A stretch of DNA of 64,000 bases from positions 3,089-67,088 of the forward strand of contig JADLAR010000003.1 in assembly GCA_020848155.1 (NCBI GenBank). The letters run 5' to 3'. Of this stretch, positions 9,827-18,647 are shown piece by piece (positions within the stretch are counted from its first letter, which is position 1; each line of letters starts with the position of its first letter). The stretch comes from Candidatus Sumerlaeota bacterium. Lineage in GTDB: Bacteria > Sumerlaeota > Sumerlaeia > SLMS01. Below the pieces are notes generated by a model. The model was not told where the DNA came from, did not search any database, and saw nothing but the letters and a program-made list of their open reading frames with translations. Both the position numbers and the translations under genes were made by a program.

Positions 9827-11140
9827 CTATACTCCATCATGGCCACGCGCGAGCTGGAGGATACTCTCGATTCTAGCGTGATCGTACCATAGTGGATTGA
9901 CTGCAAGGATATCGGCTTCGGAGAGAGCTGCCAGCATTTGGAGAGTGTTCTCGTTTCGGGCAATAGGTGCGAGTTCTTGGACACGTCGACCACCTCCGCA
10001 AAGATCTCCAATCAGATCATGATAGCAAACCAAGGTCAGAACTGCGACAGCCTCGTCCCGGGTTATATCGGGTAGGTTGTTTAGCAACTCAACGCAGCTG
10101 GGAAGGGCCTGTATCGGATGATCCGTGTCTTTCTTGTATTTCCCATCCTTCCTATTTCTACCGTTCGGAATCCCTTTGCCTACGTCGTGAAGGTACGCCG
10201 CAAGTTTGGTGAGTTTCTTTTCTCTTGCTGATAGAGCCACGTAGCGAGGGCGCTTCTTGAGCTGTTCAACTACCTGAAGCGTGTGTTGACCTACATCTCC
10301 ATGAATTTCATCCTGTAGCCCACATAAGGCCCCTGTAAGTGGATGGTTAGCTAGATCAGCCTTCAATTGCTTTAGCAAGTCGTCCAACGGAGATAGTGTG
10401 CAGCCTGTTCCCTTGCTGGCAGCTATTTGGCGAACCGCCTTGGTTAGTTCCAACTGTATTGCCTTAGGACCACTTACTATAGATCGCTTTGCCCCTTCGG
10501 AGGCGTAAAATGGTGTTATGAAATGGTGTGAATCATACTCTGTTTTTATGTTGATGTTCTGAGCCGCGAGATACCGTTGCACCTGGTCCGCGATCGCTTT
10601 GTTCCAGACTACTATGCTATCAATGGTTGCAAGAGGTACGGAGCCGTGAATGAGGAACTCTGCCATCCTTTTATGCCTTTGAACCTCATTCTTTAGCGAC
10701 CACTTTTGAAGCTCTATGCATTCCCAGTCCAAATTCGCCAGCGAATGTGGGGAATTGTAGAAGGTAGGGGGTATATTCGTATTTGCCGAGGCATCCGAGA
10801 AAACATAGGGATAACTAATCGCATCGCGCAGTTTGACGCGCAGGAAAATAAGGAGCTGCTGATCTGCCACCCTCCTAAACACCACTCCTGTAAACATGTC
10901 TGTGAGCTTCGCAAAATAAAAGGGAACGTAATTATGCACCACTCCACCTGGGCCACAAGTCACCCTCGTATTGGCCCTCCTCGCCTGAATTCCTTCGTAC
11001 GCTACGTCGTAATGGATGAGCCCACGGCTGAGCTTTTGTTGTGTTGAGAGCAAACCGCCTTGGGACAGGATCGATGGCAGATTATCCAAATGAGTAAAGT
11101 GGTACACCATTCTGTCTTGGTGTATAGCAGGCAGTGTCAT
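9827..11140 (-). CDS. darT: DarT (DUF4433) ssDNA thymidine ADP-ribosyltransferase fused to C-terminal HD phosphohydrolase domain
   Basis: MVYHFTHLDNLPSILSQGGLLS, VVHNYVPFYF and RMAEFLIHGSVPLATIDSIVVWN match the DarT catalytic core. The C-terminal half has H..(30)..YLHDVGKG..DHP..CYHDLIGD, an HD motif set. The stop lies 3 nt before the macro-MTase start. Confidence 0.72.
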   Translation of the reverse strand: MTLPAIHQDRMVYHFTHLDNLPSILSQGGLLSTQQKLSRGLIHYDVAYEGIQARRANTRVTCGPGGVVHNYVPFYFAKLTDMFTGVVFRRVADQQLLIFLRVKLRDAISYPYVFSDASANTNIPPTFYNSPHSLANLDWECIELQKWSLKNEVQRHKRMAEFLIHGSVPLATIDSIVVWNKAIADQVQRYLAAQNINIKTEYDSHHFITPFYASEGAKRSIVSGPKAIQLELTKAVRQIAASKGTGCTLSPLDDLLKQLKADLANHPLTGALCGLQDEIHGDVGQHTLQVVEQLKKRPRYVALSAREKKLTKLAAYLHDVGKGIPNGRNRKDGKYKKDTDHPIQALPSCVELLNNLPDITRDEAVAVLTLVCYHDLIGDLCGGGRRVQELAPIARNENTLQMLAALSEADILAVNPLWYDHARIESILQLARGHDGV

Positions 11141-11973
11141 GATGGCATCCTTTCCTGGAGCTTGCGTAGCAGCAAGTCCCCGACAATTCCCATTACCTGT
11201 GTAGCGTGCCTCGCTTCTTCCGAGGTTACACTAGGAAGCCACGGATGGCCATGCCCGGTCCCTTGCTTATTGCGCAAGGTGTTGATCGCGCATGCCGCCT
11301 CATAGAGCGCGCGTTGCAATCGCTGTTGAGGTGTGCCGGAGGTTGCCGGATTGTCGGCCGATGTCTTCAGATCCAGCGCTGCGAAGGCTTGACCAAGGAG
11401 CGTGGGGAAGTTGTGGGGCGGATTGTTGTTATTCCATACTTCCACAAGGACATGCGCCGCGATTGCCTCAAGGAGATCCTTACCTGTGCCAACCACCAAT
11501 GCGGCATCCTCAGACCCCCTCTGGGCTCTTCGCACGTAGGCGCCTAGTGCCTCAGTCAACTCCGTTCCGACGAGACTATCCAAAACGGCGGGCTGAATAT
11601 GACCATCTGGAGACAGGATGAATCCTTCTGCAGAAAGGACGTCGCGGAACGCCTGAATCTCTTCGCTTCCCACATAGTGCGCAGATTCCGGGCGGAACCC
11701 ACCGCATGACCGAACCATCGCGATCAGACGATCGACAAAGTCGCGGCCCCCTTCGAAGGAGTTCTCAATTGCCCACGAAAGGATAAGCCGAACGCGCTTC
11801 GCTTTGCCGACGGTCTGACCGCTCTGCTTCGGATCGCCGCGCTCAAGCCCTGAGGAGGTGACGCAGAACTCAATGTCCGAATGGCTTGGATCACGTCGCT
11901 CCTTTTGTGCGTCGTCAACTAATCGAGCCAATGCGTAAATGATAGCATCAGTCAGAGGTGGCTTGGTCCTCAT
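11137..11973 (-). CDS. Abi_C / HEPN-like abortive-infection-type protein (278 aa)
   Basis: C-terminal LRNKQGTGHGHPW is an R-N-x6-H motif of the HEPN/Abi_C type. ATGA overlaps at both ends. Confidence 0.5.
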   Translation of the reverse strand: MRTKPPLTDAIIYALARLVDDAQKERRDPSHSDIEFCVTSSGLERGDPKQSGQTVGKAKRVRLILSWAIENSFEGGRDFVDRLIAMVRSCGGFRPESAHYVGSEEIQAFRDVLSAEGFILSPDGHIQPAVLDSLVGTELTEALGAYVRRAQRGSEDAALVVGTGKDLLEAIAAHVLVEVWNNNNPPHNFPTLLGQAFAALDLKTSADNPATSGTPQQRLQRALYEAACAINTLRNKQGTGHGHPWLPSVTSEEARHATQVMGIVGDLLLRKLQERMPS

Positions 11974-12284
11974 GCTGCTCCTCCTAACTGAGCCATGACT
12001 TCATCGACAGACATGGACCTGCCATTTTGGAGCGTTCGGCCACCCTGCCATTCTCGACCTCGGGCTCGTTGGTTCGCGTCCCACTCTGAGTATTTCTGAA
12101 CAGTCGGACCAGAAACATGATAGAGACATCCTGCAACAATTTCGCCGGAGAAGCTGCCTCGCCGCGCGAGCCAGATATGCAGCGTCGAAATATGCCCATA
12201 CCGCACATTCCTCTCGTGCGCGGGGGTCAGTGATACCTGCTTGAGAGGAAAGGCGCGTTCGATAAGGCGGGGGGTGTCGGTCAT
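11970..12284 (-). pseudogene. Relic 5' end of a DUF1156 methyltransferase gene. First ~32 codons are conserved, the rest is unrelated. It may still be translated as a 104-aa peptide.
   Basis: MTDTPRLIERAFPLKQVSLTPAHERNVRYGHISTLHIW matches aa ~363-400 of the 1460-aa fusion protein. About 100 nt (12183..12280) is ~85% identical to 8640..8736. Confidence 0.6.
12183..12280 (-). repeat. Direct repeat copy 2 (ancestral DUF1156 start region)
   Basis: Aligned by eye to 8640..8736, ~85% identity over ~100 nt. Confidence 0.6.
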
Positions 12285-12292
12285 GAGCTATA

Positions 12293-13738
12293 TTACCTTT
12301 TCACAATTCGTTGGTATTCGGAGTCTGTACCTAGACGTCCCATCGCATTCGGTGGAAAGGAAATTATCTTATCCAAGCCCCGATTAATTTCTGTATTAAC
12401 TGCTTGGGTTTTTATGCGTGTAGCCAGCGCGGCGTATTCTTGACCGCACGAAGTGCTTTGCAATCGACTCAAAAATTCTCGGTCGTATGGCAATCGAGTG
12501 AAGATCCGAATGTGACGATCTTGCCACTTCGAGATCAATTCATCGTAAAAGGGGACGGCTGCATTTGACACCCCATATCCGTTTCCAATTCTGCAAAGCG
12601 TTAAAACCTTCACGTACTTTGCTTCGACGCTGTGGGGGACGGCGCCATTGGCTGGAATTAGGCGAGACAATGCTCTTGCTGGAGCAACTTCGCGAGAGAA
12701 GTTACTCCAGCCTTGGTGGGCCGAATAAAGGGAATCCACAGCGGTACCGATTTCGACGGCGAGGGTCTCTGCTGGCAGAAAGCTAAGGCCGTCAACAAGG
12801 TCCAGAAACTCCCGAATCAGTTTTGCGCGTGCCACATCTCCGTTAGCGGCGAGGGTCGCTTGCTTCAGCCCTGCTTCATACTTGGCATCATCTGGTGCTG
12901 CCCCCCAAAGCCCAGCTGCAATCAACTTTATGTTATTCCGTACGTGTGCATCCAAACTCGGGTCTCCGTACATTCCGGCGATCGCCCTCGACAACGAAAT
13001 CAGCAATTCATCCGGAAGGAGCTTTATCGCTTCAATTATCGCTGGAGTATCACTTGAACTGAAGGTGTTTTCTCGGATGTTCTTCAACAACCGCCGGACC
13101 TCAAGTGCGGGACCGACCGGGTCTTTCGCCAACACCTCCTTTACGCAGGTCTCCAGCCAACTCACCAATTGAAGTCCAGAGAGATCGTTTTGATTAGGGT
13201 GGGCCGCGCTCGCATGGTTTCGCATGGAGCGAATATAGTCCAGATGGCGGTAACCAATGTCCGTGATGATACCTGCTTCCATGGACCCTTTGATCAGCTC
13301 CCAGTCCTCGATCTTCGCCAAATCCTCAGGAGTTCGTAGTTTCGACCTTCGCGCTGGATCTGTGACAACCGTGCTGAAGAAGTAGTCGAGATCAAACCGC
13401 GTGACCTTGTCGCGTATACTCCGAACCGTTTCATCCCACAAATAGTTCAGAGCAGCATCGAAGAGACCGATGCCACATGCAGCGACGAACTTAGACAGAT
13501 ACATGGCACTCTGCTTCTGTTCGTCGTTCAGAAGAGCAACGACGTCAGGAAGGTTGTTGATCACCTTGCGGCGTTCCGATTGTTCCACGAGAACTGCTTC
13601 TGAGGGCACACCTAGATAATCCAGGTAAGTGGTAAGCCCCGAAGCAAACTGTGCCAAGGATTCAGAGACTGCATCTGGATTCGAAGGGATTATATCAGCC
13701 ATCGCTTGTTGTCGCTCCGTGAGAGGATATTCATGCAA
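12293..13738 (-). CDS. Hypothetical protein (481 aa) with HEPN-like R-x6-H motif
   Basis: DYIRSMRNHASAAHPN resembles the motif in the 278-aa Abi_C-like ORF. No other domain recognised. Tight coupling to neighbours. Confidence 0.4.
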   Translation of the reverse strand: MHEYPLTERQQAMADIIPSNPDAVSESLAQFASGLTTYLDYLGVPSEAVLVEQSERRKVINNLPDVVALLNDEQKQSAMYLSKFVAACGIGLFDAALNYLWDETVRSIRDKVTRFDLDYFFSTVVTDPARRSKLRTPEDLAKIEDWELIKGSMEAGIITDIGYRHLDYIRSMRNHASAAHPNQNDLSGLQLVSWLETCVKEVLAKDPVGPALEVRRLLKNIRENTFSSSDTPAIIEAIKLLPDELLISLSRAIAGMYGDPSLDAHVRNNIKLIAAGLWGAAPDDAKYEAGLKQATLAANGDVARAKLIREFLDLVDGLSFLPAETLAVEIGTAVDSLYSAHQGWSNFSREVAPARALSRLIPANGAVPHSVEAKYVKVLTLCRIGNGYGVSNAAVPFYDELISKWQDRHIRIFTRLPYDREFLSRLQSTSCGQEYAALATRIKTQAVNTEINRGLDKIISFPPNAMGRLGTDSEYQRIVKR

Positions 13739-14996
13739 AATACTCCTGATCTAAAGGCAGGAACCCAAACACGAGCCCGCCGGTAGTATAGAAAAGGTGG
13801 CCCTGAAGCGTGAAATGCGTGTATCCGCCACGCTCTGTTCTTCTGAAGGAGGGGTTTACGTTTTTCTTGAACTCCTTCTGAAAGCGACCATTTGGAACAA
13901 CGCATCGAACTTTCTGAAAAACTCTGCGACGTTTCATGATGAAGGAGGCTATCGGATCGAAATCTTGCTTGGCGAGCATGGGCAGTAAGCCACCATTAAT
14001 ACCAATGAACAAACACGCCTCTTTACTTAGGGCGAAAACCTGCCCTCCGGCACTATCGTCGTCTGTATGCGACTTATTTGCGAACCACGCCAGCCCACCC
14101 GATGCTCCGCGGATGTCGAAACCCTCTCCATCCCCTCTCAATAATCCAACGCTATCCAACTGAAAAGGGTCTGAAAGTTCCTGGAGCGCAGAGACACGAG
14201 TTTGCAGCGATGCTGAAAAAGGGGATCGAGGGCTGATGAAAGAAATCAGGTCTCTCAGGTTCTCAAGTCGAGCTAAGAGCCTAAAGTCTTCGGGGTTCGT
14301 ATCTTCGGTGAGCGGTGGGTCGAGGAGCCAGCATTTCGGCCTTGTGCCCTTGCGTCCGTCTAGCGCGACGATTGTTCCATACCTAACACCATTAGCGGGG
14401 GCAGGGTTAGCTTTCTTTTTTTTGCGGATATCAGAAGCGTGAGAATATACACTCCCACGGTCCTTCTTCCTATTATCAGCGCACGACGTACCTTTATTTT
14501 CAACTTCAATGATAAATTCGCCCGAACTAGCTGCAAGAGAGTAGCTATAGTCTAGGGTCTTCGTCTTTCGTTCTTCTATTGGGCTCCAGTCGACCGATGT
14601 AAGCCGGTGAATTTTTGAAATCAGGGCCAGACCTATTGCTTCACCGAGTCTTTCGGAGGTTCCTCTATCTGTCCCTCTGGGAGCGATGACTCGAAGAGCT
14701 CCTTCTTCAATTTCAATTAGCCCGTCCCAGTCGAAGAGCGTATGTTTTGCCTTTTTCTCTAGTATTTCAGCGAAGCTGAGGTAACCCGGAGCGCCTTGCT
14801 TCCGCTTGAGAAACTGTGAATAGACAAGAACTTCATCCGTTGGAACCTCAATCTGTCCCGGGATCTGAATCTTGTCTAAGTACTCTTTAGCAGCAGAGAC
14901 CTTCAGGGCGTCTTGATCTGCCCTATTGTAGTAATCAACGTATACTTTGAGGGTGTCAGGTAGGGTTCCAGTAAATAGAGCTTCGGCTAGAGCCAT
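13731..14996 (-). CDS. Hypothetical protein (421 aa), no recognisable domain
   Basis: Long ORF in operon context, AT-rich. Only a weak D..(E)xK-like FIIEVENKG motif. An 8-nt overlap with the next gene, and 1 nt after the helicase stop. Confidence 0.4.
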   Translation of the reverse strand: MALAEALFTGTLPDTLKVYVDYYNRADQDALKVSAAKEYLDKIQIPGQIEVPTDEVLVYSQFLKRKQGAPGYLSFAEILEKKAKHTLFDWDGLIEIEEGALRVIAPRGTDRGTSERLGEAIGLALISKIHRLTSVDWSPIEERKTKTLDYSYSLAASSGEFIIEVENKGTSCADNRKKDRGSVYSHASDIRKKKKANPAPANGVRYGTIVALDGRKGTRPKCWLLDPPLTEDTNPEDFRLLARLENLRDLISFISPRSPFSASLQTRVSALQELSDPFQLDSVGLLRGDGEGFDIRGASGGLAWFANKSHTDDDSAGGQVFALSKEACLFIGINGGLLPMLAKQDFDPIASFIMKRRRVFQKVRCVVPNGRFQKEFKKNVNPSFRRTERGGYTHFTLQGHLFYTTGGLVFGFLPLDQEYFA

Positions 14997-14997
14997 A

Positions 14998-17900
14998 TCA
15001 GCTTTCCCCCGCTTCCAATACTTGGTTCTGCCCGATCCTCACCCCGCCCGTCTCCACCATAGCGTTAATGGTCCTCACCACGTTCTGCGTCTTCTTGAAC
15101 GGCCGGACTAGCAGCTTAGCAAACGGGTCCTGAACGCGCACGAGCTGGGGCGTCGGTGTGCCGCAGTGATAGACAACGTAGAGCCAGTATTTGTCGCGAA
15201 GGTTGCATGCCTTGGCCCATTCGTTGTCTGTGATTTCGATCTCGCTGACACCAATGCACCCCTTCACCTCGATACAACGTTGGTTATTGCCGGGACGGGT
15301 ACTGAGCATGTCGAAGCCGGGATGATCCGGCATGCTGGCGGCGCGGGCGAGCGCCCGAGTGTGGACGTATCTGACGGTGGCGCCTTCAGCTTCCTCGTGG
15401 GCTTTTGCCAGGTCCATGGCGATTTGCTCGACATTGGCATCACGCCATTCCAGTTGGGCAGGATCGGTGGCGGGGATGACAAGGGCATGGGCAAAGAAAT
15501 TGACCTGACCGGGGACGAGCAATTCGGGTTCGCGGCGGAGCATCGTCAAGGCGCGGGTGCGACGCGTATCCAGATCGCGCTGCTGGTTCTTAATGTGGGT
15601 TAGTTCGGCGGCGGCGCCCTTGCTTCCAGTCCGGGACTTTTGCGACATCTTGGTGCGCGCCGCGGCCAACTCGGCCTCCTGGAAATCGAATCCGCGCTTT
15701 ACGAAGGACTCCCTTTCGGGAAGAGAGGCCACGCGACGTTCGCGGCATTCGACTGCGAGAGAGCGGCAAATGCGTTCAGCAAGATAGGCCTGCGCATGGT
15801 CGATGAGTTTGGATGCTTCGACGGCGAGCCGCTGCGCAAGCGGCGGCAGGCCTTGTCCGCCCCGGAGGAGAAGGAGGTGCTCGACAGGACATATCCTTAT
15901 ATCGCCGGATTCCGACTGACGGAGCCCAACGAGCCGGCACTCGACAGTTTCTTCACGGGAGAGTTCTGAGAATTCCGGATCGCCTTTTCGAATCACGGAC
16001 AGACGTGCGAGGTGAAAGAGATAGGGGGCCTCCGCGGTGGGATCGACGAAGATTGCCCCCTTGAGGGCTTCTTTGCCGAGCTTCTGGCGAACAAGCTCGC
16101 GAAACCGTTCGAACACCGGTTCGCCGGGATGGACCCAGATGCAGGACTGACGATCACCGGGACGATAGATCGAGAGCTTCTGGTTTTGTGGGTGGGGATA
16201 ACTTTCGATCGCTGAGAGCATCGGGTCGAGGGCCCCGTCTTTGGCGGGGACGAAATTAAAGAGAGTGCCGGGATCTCCGTCGATCTCAATGCCGACCATG
16301 GGCGCCGTCGAGGTAACGAATTTCCTGACATAACCAGGCATGAGACGAAAGTAGGTCTCTTGTTCGATGCTTTCGCGGAGACGGGGCAGCTCTCGTTTCA
16401 CATCACCGCCATCGCCGTATAGAACCTTCTCCTGATCCTGAATCGCTTTTACCTGCTCCTTGGAGAGGCGTCCGTCCAGTTCATGCGCGATAATTTCTGG
16501 GTCATCACCGGCTGCAATGCGCTGCATATATACCTTGATAGACACATCGCTGAAAATGCGGCCGATGCTGTCGAAGACCTTGTCGGACTTGAGCTGTTTG
16601 CGGATTTTTTCTAGTTTGTCGAGCAAGGTCTTGAGCACCCGGCCTTCCCGCGTCGCCGGTGCGACGAGGTTGAGGATGACAACGGGATCGTGCTGCTGAC
16701 CGTAACGATGGATGCGACCCATGCGTTGTTCGAGACGCGCTGGATTCCAAGGGACGTCGTAATTGATCATGATCCAGCAGAACTGAAGATTTACGCCCTC
16801 AGCGGCGGCGTCAGTGCAGATCATGAACCGCGCGCCGCCATCGACGGCTGGCAGGCGGAAACGATCGATCTGCTCTTGCCGCTCGGTGAAGTGCATGCCG
16901 CCGTGGATCTGAGCGATCTGGTCCGTATATCCCATTCCGCTTAAGCGGCGCACGAGGAACTCCAGGGTGTCTTTGTGCTCTGTAAAGACGATCAGCTTTT
17001 CCTGCGCGAACTGATCGTCCTGAAGTACGGTTCGGAGTTTGTCGTATTTTGACTCTGTGCCAGACTCGTAGACTCTGGAAGCGATCTCTCGAAGGGCCAC
17101 AACCTGCTGGCGCTCGGCCACCAAATCGCCGAGTGAAGATGCGATGATGCCCTGCAGCAGCCTGTCCTCAGCCAGTTCGTTTTCTTCCGTTCCTTCTTCA
17201 CAGCTTTCCTCGTCAGCCGATTTTGATTCGAGTACGTCGTCGTCATCCTTGATGCTTCTCTGATAAGCAAGCAACTGCTCGAATGTGATTCGACCGGACT
17301 GTATATCGTCGATAATATTATCAAGTTTGACGATGCGCCGCTCAAAGGAACAGAGAAGCGCAAAAGTGGAACTGGCCAGTCTACGCTGAAAGACTGACAT
17401 GGCAAGCTGGGCCGCGGATTGATTCAGCACCCTGGCTTTGTTGTAGACGTGACGGAGATACTCAGTGGTCTGATCATAGAGATCCTGTTCGCTGCCAGCG
17501 CCGCTGCCCAGACTGTATCCGAGTGTATTGCAGACACGCGTCGGGTAGAGCGGCTGACCATCCAGGCGAACCATTTCTTCCTTGGTGCGTCGGATGAAAT
17601 AGGTTCGACGATTCTCGGCGGGAAACTGGTCAAAGGAATCGGGAGTGGAGAGGACCTCCGGCTCAAGAAGGCGCCAAAGTGCGTAGTACGGGTAATCCTT
17701 GCCCATGTGAGGCGTCGCAGTGAGGAGCAAGAGATGGTGTGACTTCCACGGAAGCTTCCAGCCGCGGTCACCTGTATCTACCCCCGCGATGGCTTCTGCT
17801 AACTTGTAACGGTCGGTTTTGGTGACTCGGAAATCGGATCCCCGGCTAGAGGAAAGCTTGTGCGCTTCGTCGAAAACGATCAGGTCATATGGTTCAACGT

Positions 17901-18606
17901 CATCTGCTGCGAGTCGCGAGAACATCTTTTCACCGGCAAGGGTATCGACGCTCACGATTGCCTGATCACTTGTCCTTCCCACGAAGGGGTTCCCGGACTT
18001 CGCATCCTTCCCACTGATGATCTGGAAGGATAGGCTGAAGAGAAGTTGGAGCTCGCTCCTCCAGTTTCCAACGAGTCCAGCAGGTGGAACGATCAAGACG
18101 CGACGGAGCAAACGACGTGAGAGCATTTCTCGTATATACAACCCCGTCATGATCGTCTTCCCGGCCCCGGCATCGTCAGCCAGGAGAAACCGTAACCGGG
18201 ACTGCTTGAGCATGTGATCATAGACCGCGATTCTCTGATGAGGAAGCGGATCGATACTGGCGATCTCTGTAGCGAACGCTGGATTTGCCAAGTGCCCGAA
18301 TGATAGCCGCTCCCCCTCAACAAGAGAACGGACAAGCTCTGGGCGTGACGTAAAATCCGCAAGTGGAGCAACCGCGCCGTAGGGAGGAGGTTCGGGTTCG
18401 GATACAACACCAGCACCGTCATCTTCAGCCAGTTCCAAGAGACGATTCCAAGAGAGCTGCGAGGGCCGAGATTTCCCATTCTCCCACCTGTTAACGGTGG
18501 GAAATGATACACCAAGTAGCCCTGCTAAATGGACCTGGGTCAGACTCAGTCGAGCCCGCAGCTCCTTGATTTCATTTGGGTAATTTTCTGTTGGCCTGCG
18601 ATCCAT
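14998..18606 (-). CDS. XRE-type HTH + SNF2-family helicase + DUF3883-like C-terminal domain (1202 aa)
   Basis: HTH LSLTQVHLAGLLGVSFPTVNRWENGKS. Walker A LADDAGAGKT, DExH LIVFDEAHKL, LLLTATP. Helicase-C motif VI LEQRMGRIHRYGQ. C-terminal IEVKGCIGVSEIEITDNEWAKA..YWLYVV is a DUF3883 (PD-D/ExK-like) pattern. Confidence 0.8.
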   Translation of the reverse strand: MDRRPTENYPNEIKELRARLSLTQVHLAGLLGVSFPTVNRWENGKSRPSQLSWNRLLELAEDDGAGVVSEPEPPPYGAVAPLADFTSRPELVRSLVEGERLSFGHLANPAFATEIASIDPLPHQRIAVYDHMLKQSRLRFLLADDAGAGKTIMTGLYIREMLSRRLLRRVLIVPPAGLVGNWRSELQLLFSLSFQIISGKDAKSGNPFVGRTSDQAIVSVDTLAGEKMFSRLAADDVEPYDLIVFDEAHKLSSSRGSDFRVTKTDRYKLAEAIAGVDTGDRGWKLPWKSHHLLLLTATPHMGKDYPYYALWRLLEPEVLSTPDSFDQFPAENRRTYFIRRTKEEMVRLDGQPLYPTRVCNTLGYSLGSGAGSEQDLYDQTTEYLRHVYNKARVLNQSAAQLAMSVFQRRLASSTFALLCSFERRIVKLDNIIDDIQSGRITFEQLLAYQRSIKDDDDVLESKSADEESCEEGTEENELAEDRLLQGIIASSLGDLVAERQQVVALREIASRVYESGTESKYDKLRTVLQDDQFAQEKLIVFTEHKDTLEFLVRRLSGMGYTDQIAQIHGGMHFTERQEQIDRFRLPAVDGGARFMICTDAAAEGVNLQFCWIMINYDVPWNPARLEQRMGRIHRYGQQHDPVVILNLVAPATREGRVLKTLLDKLEKIRKQLKSDKVFDSIGRIFSDVSIKVYMQRIAAGDDPEIIAHELDGRLSKEQVKAIQDQEKVLYGDGGDVKRELPRLRESIEQETYFRLMPGYVRKFVTSTAPMVGIEIDGDPGTLFNFVPAKDGALDPMLSAIESYPHPQNQKLSIYRPGDRQSCIWVHPGEPVFERFRELVRQKLGKEALKGAIFVDPTAEAPYLFHLARLSVIRKGDPEFSELSREETVECRLVGLRQSESGDIRICPVEHLLLLRGGQGLPPLAQRLAVEASKLIDHAQAYLAERICRSLAVECRERRVASLPERESFVKRGFDFQEAELAAARTKMSQKSRTGSKGAAAELTHIKNQQRDLDTRRTRALTMLRREPELLVPGQVNFFAHALVIPATDPAQLEWRDANVEQIAMDLAKAHEEAEGATVRYVHTRALARAASMPDHPGFDMLSTRPGNNQRCIEVKGCIGVSEIEITDNEWAKACNLRDKYWLYVVYHCGTPTPQLVRVQDPFAKLLVRPFKKTQNVVRTINAMVETGGVRIGQNQVLEAGES

Positions 18607-18647
18607 AGCCAGTGCGTTGCTCCCGGCGTTTCAGTCTTGCGAGAGTG

